The notes beneath the pieces were generated by a model. The model made no database searches, was not told the origin of the DNA, and worked only from the letters and a program-made list of their open reading frames with translations. The position numbers and the translations under genes are program-made. This document shows positions 55,274 to 64,000 of a stretch of DNA of 64,000 nucleotides, in pieces (positions within the stretch are counted from its first letter, which is position 1; the number at the start of each line of letters is the position of its first letter). The stretch is from the IMG/VR virus record IMGVR_UViG_3300046516_001816, positions 186,001 to 250,000 of that record; one strand, 5' to 3'.

Positions 55274-57367
55274 TTACCACAATGCCCAAAACGGATCCAG
55301 CTCTTCGGTAAAGAAACCTTCCTCGGTAATGCCTTCCATGGCCATGCATTGATCGAACTCATCCATGACCACGCTGGTGATCGTTTCATAGTGCGCATGC
55401 TGAGCACCGGTGGGCATCTCGTCATACGCTTCGACCGCGATCAGGTTGGCGTTTTCAAAGCCCAGGATCTCATCGACCTGCTGGCGCGACCAGTTCATGA
55501 TGTCGATCGTGCGACTAGAGATATTGGGTTCCTCGCCGGTATCCAAGACCACATCCCAAATCGTCACGTTTTCATCTTGCCCGAGTCGTTTCACCCGCGC
55601 CACCGCCTGATCGTATTCAAACGAGCGAAACGGCGAGTTCATCATGATCTCTTCGTTCGCCATGATCAAGGGCACCGCCGAGGAGAGCGACTGGTAAGTG
55701 GCAATCATCGGGTTGGCGTCTTCTGAGTTCTTATACTCAGTGACCATCGAGGCCAACTCATTGTTGGTTTCCCCGTACACGCGCAACGGATGGTAGCCCT
55801 TCGCCTTCAGGTAATCGCCCGCGGCATCTACCGCCCCCACGTAACTGGTAAAGATCAGCGTCTTTTTCAGCGCCTCATCGATGATCTTCTCCAGCCCCAT
55901 ATGCGGGACCATGTCCATGATGCACTGCCCGCGCTTCTTACCGAGCACCTGTCCGAGCGCTTCGCCCTGCACCTTGAGCTTATAGTACTTGACCACGGAC
56001 TTGGAGGCCTTCAGGTCTTCCCTCAGCTTCTTGGGCAACGCCGGCTGAATCACGCTGCGCTCGTACTTGTTGCACCAGACCGCGGCTTCCTTGTGCAGCT
56101 TCGGATCGTAGCCCCGGCGAATCGACTTCATGAACTTTTCGTATTGCTTGAACTGGTCTTTCTGTTCGGAAGTGATAAGGGTGCGGTAGAAGGCGTCGAT
56201 GGCGGCTTCATACATCCGTTCGTACACGCGCATATTGGTTCGGTAGTGCTGGACGCGCTCGTCGATGAATTTGCGCATCTCCCCACGAATCGAAGCAAGC
56301 GTGTAATCTTTGCCATTGGGAATCTCCACTTTGAGCGACACGTGCTTGACATCAATCTTGACGACCTGGTTGCTGTCGACCTTGTACGTGACCTTGCCCA
56401 GCCGATGCGCCAGCACGTCGTTGGCCCGTGCACTGTTCTTGCCATAGATCGCCTGGAAGCGACGCTGAGCATCCTCATCGAACATGGAGTCAATGGTGCG
56501 GAACAACGGCGCCATTTCGCCGCCAATGGCCTTCACGGGGGTGCCCGACTCCCACAGCACGTACTGACAGCGTGTGCGGTTGCAGAGCTCAATAAAGAGC
56601 TGCGTGCGCAAGGCTTCCATTTCATTCATACCGTGCGACTCGTCCAACAGAATCACGGGCTTGTTCCAGTGCTGCGTCTTGGCAAACTCCAGGAACTTAG
56701 GCAGGTAGTCGTAATGGACGATATAGAACTTCTTGCCGCGCACGGGCGGCGTGCCCATCTGCGAATGCCAATACGCCTGGGGACGTTTAAACAACTCGAC
56801 CACCGTGTCTTCCCAGACTTTCTTCACGGCCCGGGGTGGACACACCACAATCGTGACATCCGCATGCAAGCAGACGGTGAGCGCACAGCCCATAAAGGTC
56901 TTGCCCGTGCCGGGACCCGCGCCCAGCAACGCTCCTTTCAGTCGGAAGCGCGGCACCATCTCGTTGAACCATTTGAGGAACCCCATCTGGTGGTCCATCG
57001 CCGACCATTTCAACTGGTTGAGCTGGCCGAAGTCCAGGATGTCAGGATGCTTGATCAGCGTCTCTTTCATCCAGGTGTGTTCGTACATCCCCTCGACGAC
57101 TTTTCGCAGCGCGCGGATATTGTGGCCGCGCTGCTTGTTATTGATAATGCGCGTGAACGCATAGACAATGTCCGGGGCAAAAAAGCGATTGAAGATAATC
57201 TCGTTGGGCGTGACCCGCGTGAACATATGTTCCGCGATCTTGGTCGTCCCCCAGATTTGCGCAATCGTGTTGGCAACCGAGTTGCCGGGTAAGCCTGTCA
57301 CTTTAATCTGATCGCCACTTTCTTGGACTTGGATCAGACCGAGTACACGCCGTAAGGACGCGAACAT
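55274..57367 (-). CDS. SF2 (SNF2/DEAD-like) helicase
   Basis: GAGPGTGKT Walker A; LLDESH Walker B; SGTP motif III; QAVARVKRLGQ motif VI. Confidence 0.9.
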   Translation of the reverse strand: MFASLRRVLGLIQVQESGDQIKVTGLPGNSVANTIAQIWGTTKIAEHMFTRVTPNEIIFNRFFAPDIVYAFTRIINNKQRGHNIRALRKVVEGMYEHTWMKETLIKHPDILDFGQLNQLKWSAMDHQMGFLKWFNEMVPRFRLKGALLGAGPGTGKTFMGCALTVCLHADVTIVVCPPRAVKKVWEDTVVELFKRPQAYWHSQMGTPPVRGKKFYIVHYDYLPKFLEFAKTQHWNKPVILLDESHGMNEMEALRTQLFIELCNRTRCQYVLWESGTPVKAIGGEMAPLFRTIDSMFDEDAQRRFQAIYGKNSARANDVLAHRLGKVTYKVDSNQVVKIDVKHVSLKVEIPNGKDYTLASIRGEMRKFIDERVQHYRTNMRVYERMYEAAIDAFYRTLITSEQKDQFKQYEKFMKSIRRGYDPKLHKEAAVWCNKYERSVIQPALPKKLREDLKASKSVVKYYKLKVQGEALGQVLGKKRGQCIMDMVPHMGLEKIIDEALKKTLIFTSYVGAVDAAGDYLKAKGYHPLRVYGETNNELASMVTEYKNSEDANPMIATYQSLSSAVPLIMANEEIMMNSPFRSFEYDQAVARVKRLGQDENVTIWDVVLDTGEEPNISSRTIDIMNWSRQQVDEILGFENANLIAVEAYDEMPTGAQHAHYETITSVVMDEFDQCMAMEGITEEGFFTEELDPFWALW

Positions 57368-57511
57368 ATGAGTTGTCCTTCTTTTATTTTAGACCAGCCA
57401 GCCGACATAAACCAGGAGCCAGCCCAGGTAACCCCAAGTAGGAAAGGGTTACCTGGAGCTGACTCCCAACTAGAACTACTGTTTCACATTATTTACAAGC
57501 GAGTATGTTGC

Positions 57512-59092
57512 TTAGGCTGCCATGGGTGCCCAGAAGGGTGTTTCGTTTGCACTGCCGATCGCCCCACCCCCCACCTTGCGTCGCGTCGTATCCGCACGGC
57601 CCACGTCAAACGTGATGCCCCACTTGGAGAACGGCAGAACGCAGTACAGATCCTTCGGGTTGGTTTGACCGATAATACGATGCTTGCCACGTTGAACCGT
57701 GAGGAACGATTCGCCGTTGACCTTTTCGATGTGAATGAAAATCTCCAGGTCCACTTCCTGGTCAATCTGTTTACAGCCGCGATAGTAACCCTTACCCGGC
57801 AACTCCTGCACGAAGTCCGCTTTACCGTCTCGGATCATCTGTTTGGCGTCGGTGGACAGCTGATGCGGCGTGACGATCGCGATGTTCTTCGCTGACATAA
57901 AGTTGCGAATGCGGCGGAACATGTCCTGCACGTCAGTGCCGGTCGGACCCTGGATACAGCCCGTGGTCGGAATCATCGACAGGTAGTCGAGCATGCACAT
58001 GTGGATTTCGAAGCCTTCCGCTTCAAACTCCAGAATCTTGTTCTGAATGCTGCGGTAGCTCCACTCCGACGGATTGACGCGCAGCATCTCCACGTGCCAT
58101 CCGTTTTCCATCATGCGCTTACTGACGTACGACGCGATCGGCTTGACGAACTCGAGCTTCTCCTCCTCCGACATCGCCTTGATTTCTTCCGGCGTCTTCG
58201 ACGATGTGATCTCGTTGCCGCGGCCGTCATAGTCCATCAGCACTTCGTACATGTACTGGAAGTTCAGTTCCAGGTCATCTTCGAAGGAGATGCGCAAGAG
58301 CATCGGTTTGGCGTCGGGTCGTTTCGGGTTCGGCTCGGGCGTATTGAACAGCGCGACGCCCACAAACGTGCCGAGGCTGAAACCGGTCTTGAAGTTGTGT
58401 TGCAGCGCGCCGATGACCGTCTCTTGTCCTCGCCGATAGCCGCCGCGCAACATCCGGTTAACACCTTGCCAGCCCGTTTGCAGAATGCCGCCGCCTTCCT
58501 CGTTCTTCTGGATGTTGGAGTAGATCCCCACCATCTCATCCATATTACCGAGGTTCACGCGCTTGGTGATGGCCGGATCGTTGGTTTCGCGGTCTTGCTG
58601 GTAGGGCTCCAGCATCGAGACCGTTTCGGCAATGAACTGCTTCCAGTTATTAATCTGGCCGCGCTGGAACCGGACTTTGTTCGTTGCTTCAAACAGAATC
58701 TTCTGCGCTTCTTCCTCACGAATGTGCTCGTGCAAGAACCGTTGCAGATTGACGGTGACCTTCTTCGTTTTGGCGTCGGTGAGTTCCTTATCGATACCAT
58801 CCACAAATGTCTGGTACAGCGTCTCGTCTTCGGAGCAGTCGACTTTGAGCTGTTGCAGCAAATCGGTGGATTCGTGTTCGTAGTCCAACGGCATCTCGCA
58901 CATCTTCAATGCCGTCTTTTTCAGCGCGACAATCACATCCCGCTCGTGGTCCAGACCAATGTTGACTTGGGGGTCCTTGATGGTATTCAGGATGCCACGA
59001 ACCAGCCCCGAGGAGTTCTCACTCGAACTCGGCAGCTGTGACTCGCGGTAGAGCAAGGTGATCGCCTTCACCAGGAGTAGCTTATGGTTCAT
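57512..59092 (-). CDS. dnaB: DnaB-like replicative helicase (phiKZ gp118 type)
   Basis: GVNRMLRGGYRRG; GALQHNFKT; LDYLSM; TPHQLS; RGKHR. Confidence 0.9.
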   Translation of the reverse strand: MNHKLLLVKAITLLYRESQLPSSSENSSGLVRGILNTIKDPQVNIGLDHERDVIVALKKTALKMCEMPLDYEHESTDLLQQLKVDCSEDETLYQTFVDGIDKELTDAKTKKVTVNLQRFLHEHIREEEAQKILFEATNKVRFQRGQINNWKQFIAETVSMLEPYQQDRETNDPAITKRVNLGNMDEMVGIYSNIQKNEEGGGILQTGWQGVNRMLRGGYRRGQETVIGALQHNFKTGFSLGTFVGVALFNTPEPNPKRPDAKPMLLRISFEDDLELNFQYMYEVLMDYDGRGNEITSSKTPEEIKAMSEEEKLEFVKPIASYVSKRMMENGWHVEMLRVNPSEWSYRSIQNKILEFEAEGFEIHMCMLDYLSMIPTTGCIQGPTGTDVQDMFRRIRNFMSAKNIAIVTPHQLSTDAKQMIRDGKADFVQELPGKGYYRGCKQIDQEVDLEIFIHIEKVNGESFLTVQRGKHRIIGQTNPKDLYCVLPFSKWGITFDVGRADTTRRKVGGGAIGSANETPFWAPMAA

Positions 59093-59191
59093 GTTGTTTG
59101 CTTATAAATAATGTGATAACTTCATTTCCGGGGACATAGTGTTGTCCTCGTGTGTTTTTTCTTACTGCACATCCTCTACGGAGCCAGACAC

Positions 59192-59773
59192 GTGAACTCT
59201 GCTCGCCCCATGAAGAAGGTGGTTCTCATCCCATACTGGGTGCAAGAAGCACTTTCGCGTAACAACTGCGCCTTGGCAGATGCGTTGAACTTCGATCAAG
59301 TCATCAAGTGTGTTAACGTTAATGATTTGATTGGCTTCCTCGCGTTGCAGGAATACATGCTGGAGCTTGGCGGCTATGAAGTGTCGGGCAGCGCCCTGAT
59401 GCTGTCGTGGTCGGCAAGTGCCAAAGACGAGGGGTCGGACTCTTTGCTCACGCAAACTATTATTCCGTTCACCTCGCAAGCGGAGTATATCGAGGACGTG
59501 CACAGTCGGTTGTTCACCCGGGACAGCCAATGTGACCGCCTTGCGCACCATGTAGAACCCTTTAATATGTATGACATTACGCATGACGTTGCTGGCGTAG
59601 TGGTACATCCGGGTTTCTTCACGGAAGAAGTCGGTTCGAATGGGTACCGCGCGGCGCTCATTTGTGCAATTCTGAAAGTATTGTATGCGTACAACGCATA
59701 CCACGAGGTGGCGAGCACGCCTCTGTTTAAGCGTTATCTTGGATTGCTAGCTGAGAAGCAGCTGTCAATTTGA
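59192..59773 (+). CDS. Conserved jumbo-phage protein between the helicase and capsid genes
   Basis: GGAG RBS with GTG start; synteny with phiKZ-like core modules. Confidence 0.6.
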   Translation: MNSARPMKKVVLIPYWVQEALSRNNCALADALNFDQVIKCVNVNDLIGFLALQEYMLELGGYEVSGSALMLSWSASAKDEGSDSLLTQTIIPFTSQAEYIEDVHSRLFTRDSQCDRLAHHVEPFNMYDITHDVAGVVVHPGFFTEEVGSNGYRAALICAILKVLYAYNAYHEVASTPLFKRYLGLLAEKQLSI

Positions 59774-59826
59774 GGTTAACAAAGCCCCAGTAGTCTCTTT
59801 TTAACTGCAAAAGGTTGGGATCACTC

Positions 59827-62037
59827 ATGACCGCACTGTTCCAAAACAAGAGCCGCATCGGCTCGCAACCGGCGACTCAGCTGGACAAGCTGGTGGGCTC
59901 GCTGCGTGAAGAAATGAACGGCCACGGTGCCGCATTCGCAGACCGCCACATCTCGAAGGCAGCCCTGTCGCTCGAATCGATCGACGCATCGCTTGCCCGC
60001 GAACTCGAAGGCTCGCTCTCGCAGCTGAACTCCGCCCTCGAAGGCATCGTCAACGAGCACGGCCTGTCGGGTGACCTGACGGCGTCGCAACGTGACGCAG
60101 CTCTGGCTGCCATGGCCATGACCGGCGACATGGGCTCGTTCCTGCACGGCCAGATCAAGCACGACATGGTCAGCACGGAATCGATGAAGTTCATCACCGT
60201 CGGTGGCGAAGACCACATGTACGAGCGTGTCAAGCCGGCACTCGAAGCGTACGACGAGAAGGAAAACAAGAACGCGGTGGTGTACTCCGTCGCGTACAAC
60301 TTGCAAGCTGCACGCCAGGACGAATTCGGCGAAGCCTTCTACCCGACCGTCGTCGTGACGCCGGACCAAGTGGGCTACACGGTTTCGATCCGCCTGATCG
60401 AAGTGTACAACGAGCCGAAGCGCGCAATCAGCGGCGCTCCCTCGCAGAACTTCGGCCGCAAGAACATCGTGCAAGCCGTGATCGATCCGTCGATCCTGCG
60501 CAACGACCAAACGAAGATCGTTCCGGTCTATCGCACGGAAAGCGCACCGTACTTCGTGACGAACGCGGCCGTCGAGCCGTACAACGTCATGATGACGGAC
60601 AACACGTCGGTCCTGACCGCACCGCTGGCAGTGGGCCAGAAGTTCTCGCTGCTCGGCCTGTCGCAAACGGAAGCGCTGCTCGAAACGGGTATCCTCGACG
60701 TCACCGACGCCATCGACAGCTCGATCTACCTGTCGGCTGTGTACGTCCAGTTCACGACCGGTGGCGCAACGCCGACCGTGGAAACGGTGAAGTTCAACAC
60801 GCGTCAACTGCCGCTCGCGTCGTTCAACTACGCACAGCAGAACGTCTACCGTCAGATGAACCTCCAGTTCAAGACGGAAACGCTGCTCATCGGCGCGAAC
60901 ACGGTTCAAGCTGACGGCGCTGCATCGACGATCCTCGCACCGATCGTGTCGGGCGACTACGAAGCGCGTTTCGGCTTCTCGATGTTCGGTTCGGTGAACC
61001 TCGAACTCGGCGACACCGAAATCAACGCATCGAACGTCGGCGTGAACACGATCAAGAATTCGAGCGATCAGTCGCTGGATCTGACGACGGGCACGGGCGC
61101 GACGCTGGCTGCGCTGTTCGCAGGCGCGAAGGTCGTGGGTTACGACCTGGAAGCTCATCGTACCAACAGCAACCGTCGTCAACGCGGCCAGCTGCTGAAC
61201 ACGAACTTCTACAACCAGATCTACACGGTGCCGCTGCTGGCTCCGATCTCGATTCCGCGTCCGATGGCTGTGGGCGATTCGAACGACTCGAGCGATCTGG
61301 CTTCGCTGATCACGGCAACGCGTATCCGTACGTCGAACGCCGCAGTCGACGCCATCTTCACGATGCAAGACCTGCTCGCGGAAACGACGTCGGCGCTGAA
61401 CACCGGTGCTGCTCCGAATGCTGCTGCCGACACCCCGGAAATCCTGGGCGTGACGCGCTTCATCATTCAGCCGGCGTACATGACGAAGAACCTGGCAATC
61501 GACACGCAGACGGACAGCCTCTCGGCTCACCAACGCGCGGCCGACATCCAAGCTTCGCTCATCAACTGCCTGCGCGACATGGCGTACACGCTGTACGTGC
61601 AATCGGGCTACAAGGCAGCTGCGGACGCACTCGCAGGTGGCGTGGGTCCGGTGCCGACGGTCATCATCGGTACGGATCCGTACATCGCGCGTTACCTGAT
61701 GGTGACGGGCGACCTGCGTACGCTGGGTGGTCAGTTCGACGTGAAGATCGTGTCGACGCTGAACGAACGCATGACGGGCAAGATCGTGATGAGCTTCGGC
61801 GACTTCTCGAACGAGCGCGCTGGCGTGCCCAACCCGCTGCACTTCGGTAACATGGCATGGAAGCCGGAAGTCACGGTCGTCCTGCCGATGATCCGCAACG
61901 GCGCACAATCGAAGGAACTCACGGTCCAGCCGTCGTTCCTGCACGTCACGAACCTGCCGGTTCTCGGCGTGGTCAACGTCTCCGGTATCAGCAACATTGC
62001 GTACAGCAAGGTGCCGGTCAACTTCCATACCGTTTAA
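59827..62037 (+). CDS. Major capsid protein (phiKZ gp120 type)
   Basis: ~736 aa; ALEAYDE processing site; ARQDEFGEAFYPTVVV and NSNRRQRGQL motifs; very strong codon bias; synteny. Confidence 0.92.
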   Translation: MTALFQNKSRIGSQPATQLDKLVGSLREEMNGHGAAFADRHISKAALSLESIDASLARELEGSLSQLNSALEGIVNEHGLSGDLTASQRDAALAAMAMTGDMGSFLHGQIKHDMVSTESMKFITVGGEDHMYERVKPALEAYDEKENKNAVVYSVAYNLQAARQDEFGEAFYPTVVVTPDQVGYTVSIRLIEVYNEPKRAISGAPSQNFGRKNIVQAVIDPSILRNDQTKIVPVYRTESAPYFVTNAAVEPYNVMMTDNTSVLTAPLAVGQKFSLLGLSQTEALLETGILDVTDAIDSSIYLSAVYVQFTTGGATPTVETVKFNTRQLPLASFNYAQQNVYRQMNLQFKTETLLIGANTVQADGAASTILAPIVSGDYEARFGFSMFGSVNLELGDTEINASNVGVNTIKNSSDQSLDLTTGTGATLAALFAGAKVVGYDLEAHRTNSNRRQRGQLLNTNFYNQIYTVPLLAPISIPRPMAVGDSNDSSDLASLITATRIRTSNAAVDAIFTMQDLLAETTSALNTGAAPNAAADTPEILGVTRFIIQPAYMTKNLAIDTQTDSLSAHQRAADIQASLINCLRDMAYTLYVQSGYKAAADALAGGVGPVPTVIIGTDPYIARYLMVTGDLRTLGGQFDVKIVSTLNERMTGKIVMSFGDFSNERAGVPNPLHFGNMAWKPEVTVVLPMIRNGAQSKELTVQPSFLHVTNLPVLGVVNVSGISNIAYSKVPVNFHTV

Positions 62038-62137
62038 CGACGGAGTGGAAAAGTGAAAGGGTGAGTGATTCGCAGTGGCTCGCTACACGGGAGTCGCTGC
62101 CCTTTCACAGTAGAATCAGACGTACGCTGGGGCTTGG

Positions 62138-62178
62138 CCTCTGTCTGCCCTTCGGGGTGGGCAGAGGCCTCTATGCCG
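62138..62178 (+). terminator. Terminator hairpin after the capsid gene, followed by TATGCCG
   Basis: GGCCTCTGTCTGCCC-TTCG-GGGTGGGCAGAGGCC. Confidence 0.8.
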
Positions 62179-62196
62179 TCAATTTATTTTTGGTTA

Positions 62197-62204
62197 TATA
62201 TTAC
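62197..62204 (+). promoter_or_regulatory. phiKZ-type early promoter TATATTAC
   Basis: Exact consensus; upstream of the operon containing the non-virion RNAP subunit, as expected for an early unit. Confidence 0.65.
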
Positions 62205-62247
62205 CTACCTGAGCAGGATTAGAAGGGGAACATTGGGAGCTCAGGAA

Positions 62248-63429
62248 ATGAGTCTTGACTATTTTATTCCAGATGCGTTTTTCGGGAATACAGAGCTCAG
62301 TCAGATCAATGCCAGTGCGCACGCCGTCTTTTTAAAGGAGGACGTGTTTACGAAAACCACCCGGTATTTTAATTATACTGGACAAGTGGTGACCGTAATT
62401 GAGCGCTCGGGCATCCAGCATGAGTTTGGGTCAATACCCAGCTACAGCCGGGCTGACTTTATGATCGTCACGGATTGGAAGATTCATAAGTCCTTGCACT
62501 TGGGACTGGTGAATTTCCTCAAGGTAGAAAAGGAGAATGAAACCGCTGTGATTCGTAAGCTTCGGGAAGTGGTGCTTAAATACCAGCCTACCATCCACGA
62601 AGAGTTCATCTTCCTCAGAACGGAAGAGAAGATATTATTAGGAGACTTGGAGAAGCATCGCAAGGAGATTTATGTCCATGATCACGACGTCGTGGTATCG
62701 TTGTATCGGGGCATAGAAGCCGGACCTCATCCGTATAGTCCTCTGGGTCGTGCGTTGGATATGACCACCGCCATGGAGCGCGATGCTGATAGCAAAGCGT
62801 TTTGTGAGACCATTCGGATTGTCGACAACCTGGGGACGTATGGAGATCGATTCATCAACCGGAATAAAAGTGTTTATCGAATCGAAGCCGTGCGGGACGC
62901 AACGCGTGAGGATGGCGTGTGGGTGATACGGAACAAACCGTTTGAAAACACCCGGTTGCCGTCGAAGGTGGGTTGGCGACGCTACACATTTGAGGAAGCT
63001 GACGGAATCCTCGAATTGTACAAAACTTACGCAGAAGCGGAACATTGTGGTGATGCCGAGTATAAACGCAAGCAAGAACTGCTCGAACTTGAGACGAGGC
63101 TCACTCGGGAGAAGACAGAGCTTGCGGAACAGAAGCTGCGTCATCAAAGTCAACAGCAAGAATGGGACATGGATAAAGCACGTCAGTTGTCGCAGTTCGA
63201 GCGGCAACAGGCGGCTTATGCCGAAGAGGCATTCCGTGCTCGGCAGGAGCTGGATCGACAGAAACATTTCTACGAGCGGCAGATGCTCGATCTGCGCAGC
63301 AGTGCGGAGCGTAGGAAGGATGTGTCGGACTGGCTGAAACACCTCCCCGCGATTATGGGTGCTGTCGGTGTAGCCTGGCTAAGCTACAAGACGGCCCAGT
63401 TTGCGGCCAATCGTGCGAGTGCCCCCTAA
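62248..63429 (+). CDS. Conserved jumbo-phage protein with a C-terminal coiled coil (phiKZ gp122 position)
   Basis: AGGA RBS; coiled coil and hydrophobic C-terminus; synteny. Confidence 0.7.
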   Translation: MSLDYFIPDAFFGNTELSQINASAHAVFLKEDVFTKTTRYFNYTGQVVTVIERSGIQHEFGSIPSYSRADFMIVTDWKIHKSLHLGLVNFLKVEKENETAVIRKLREVVLKYQPTIHEEFIFLRTEEKILLGDLEKHRKEIYVHDHDVVVSLYRGIEAGPHPYSPLGRALDMTTAMERDADSKAFCETIRIVDNLGTYGDRFINRNKSVYRIEAVRDATREDGVWVIRNKPFENTRLPSKVGWRRYTFEEADGILELYKTYAEAEHCGDAEYKRKQELLELETRLTREKTELAEQKLRHQSQQQEWDMDKARQLSQFERQQAAYAEEAFRARQELDRQKHFYERQMLDLRSSAERRKDVSDWLKHLPAIMGAVGVAWLSYKTAQFAANRASAP

Positions 63430-63466
63430 AGAAACGATAAACCTACTTTTACAAGGAAGAACTGGT

Positions 63467-64000
63467 ATGGATGATGGACTGATCTATCGGATCGAAGAGT
63501 ATATGCCGAAGCTGAATCCGGCGATAGCGAACGGCTTCGCATCTTACCAGATGACCGAACACAACGTCGTCAAGTATATCGACAGCGTGTTTCGTTCGGC
63601 AGCCAAAGGGTTCCCCGAAGGTTTGACCTACGAAGGCTGCCGGCGCTGTACGCCCCTGGAAGACTTCAACGAGTCGTCCAAGAAAAAGGGCAATAACAAA
63701 CGTACCTTCGATGTCGCGGTCTCGTACACGTACATGATGAAATATCTGTTCAAGTACAAGGGCGAAGACATCACGCGCTTTATCAATCTGCCGTTTGTCG
63801 GCGATGCGGGCTCGATCGTGATGAGCGGCTCGCGCTTCAATATCTCACCCGTGCTCTCCGATCGGGTGATCTCCGTGGGCACCGAAACCGTCTTCGTGCG
63901 TCTGCTGCGCGATGTGCTCACCTTCCAGCGGGTTCCCCAGAACATCAACGTCAATGGCCTGCGTGAACAGGTCAACGTCGCGTGGGCGATGATTTACCAC
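63467..64000 (+). CDS. Non-virion RNA polymerase beta subunit, N-terminal part (phiKZ gp123 type; 3'-truncated)
   Basis: AAGGA RBS; P.LNP.IANG, INLPFV..AG.I..SGSRF.ISPVL.D.VIS motifs; open to the window end. Confidence 0.8.
   Translation, partial: MDDGLIYRIEEYMPKLNPAIANGFASYQMTEHNVVKYIDSVFRSAAKGFPEGLTYEGCRRCTPLEDFNESSKKKGNNKRTFDVAVSYTYMMKYLFKYKGEDITRFINLPFVGDAGSIVMSGSRFNISPVLSDRVISVGTETVFVRLLRDVLTFQRVPQNINVNGLREQVNVAWAMIYH

Noticed and set aside
59821-62028. 735-aa antisense ORF, and similar long shadow ORFs at 2424-4082, 52609-54216, 55790-57292 and 58001-59041
   Set aside because: Each lies opposite a well-supported gene with strong codon bias, which suppresses antisense stops, and has no recognisable motifs.

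Overview
A 64-kb segment of a phiKZ-related jumbo myophage genome. The core module at the right end has the major capsid protein, a DnaB-like helicase, an SF2 helicase, an inner-head-type protein and the N-terminal beta subunit of the non-virion RNA polymerase. The host is probably a betaproteobacterium (Burkholderiaceae); this is inferred from the Dcd and YadA-anchor sequences, which I compared from memory only. About 52 kb is accessory DNA, almost all on the + strand, with ~100 mostly hypothetical genes, four intact tRNA genes and many hairpin terminators. The main finding is a ~2.1-kb non-coding array (17279-19378) of ~58 units of ~36 nt. Each unit alternates two degenerate 9-nt repeats (AGTGTATCA and AGTCACCCA) with two ~9-nt variable spacers. 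A TATATTAC promoter lies upstream, and a nuclease-less Nop/IS110-related protein gene (19408-20652) follows directly. This is the architecture of a TIGR-Tas (TasA-type) RNA-guided DNA-targeting system. Other notable items are an HNH endonuclease plus replacement tRNA-Asn inserted into a split tRNA-Asn, two large structured non-coding RNA candidates, a complete YadA-type trimeric autotransporter adhesin, three tandem 2OG-Fe(II) oxygenases, and recurrent phage-specific regulatory motifs. No database searches or folding programs were run; family assignments come from motif recognition by eye.
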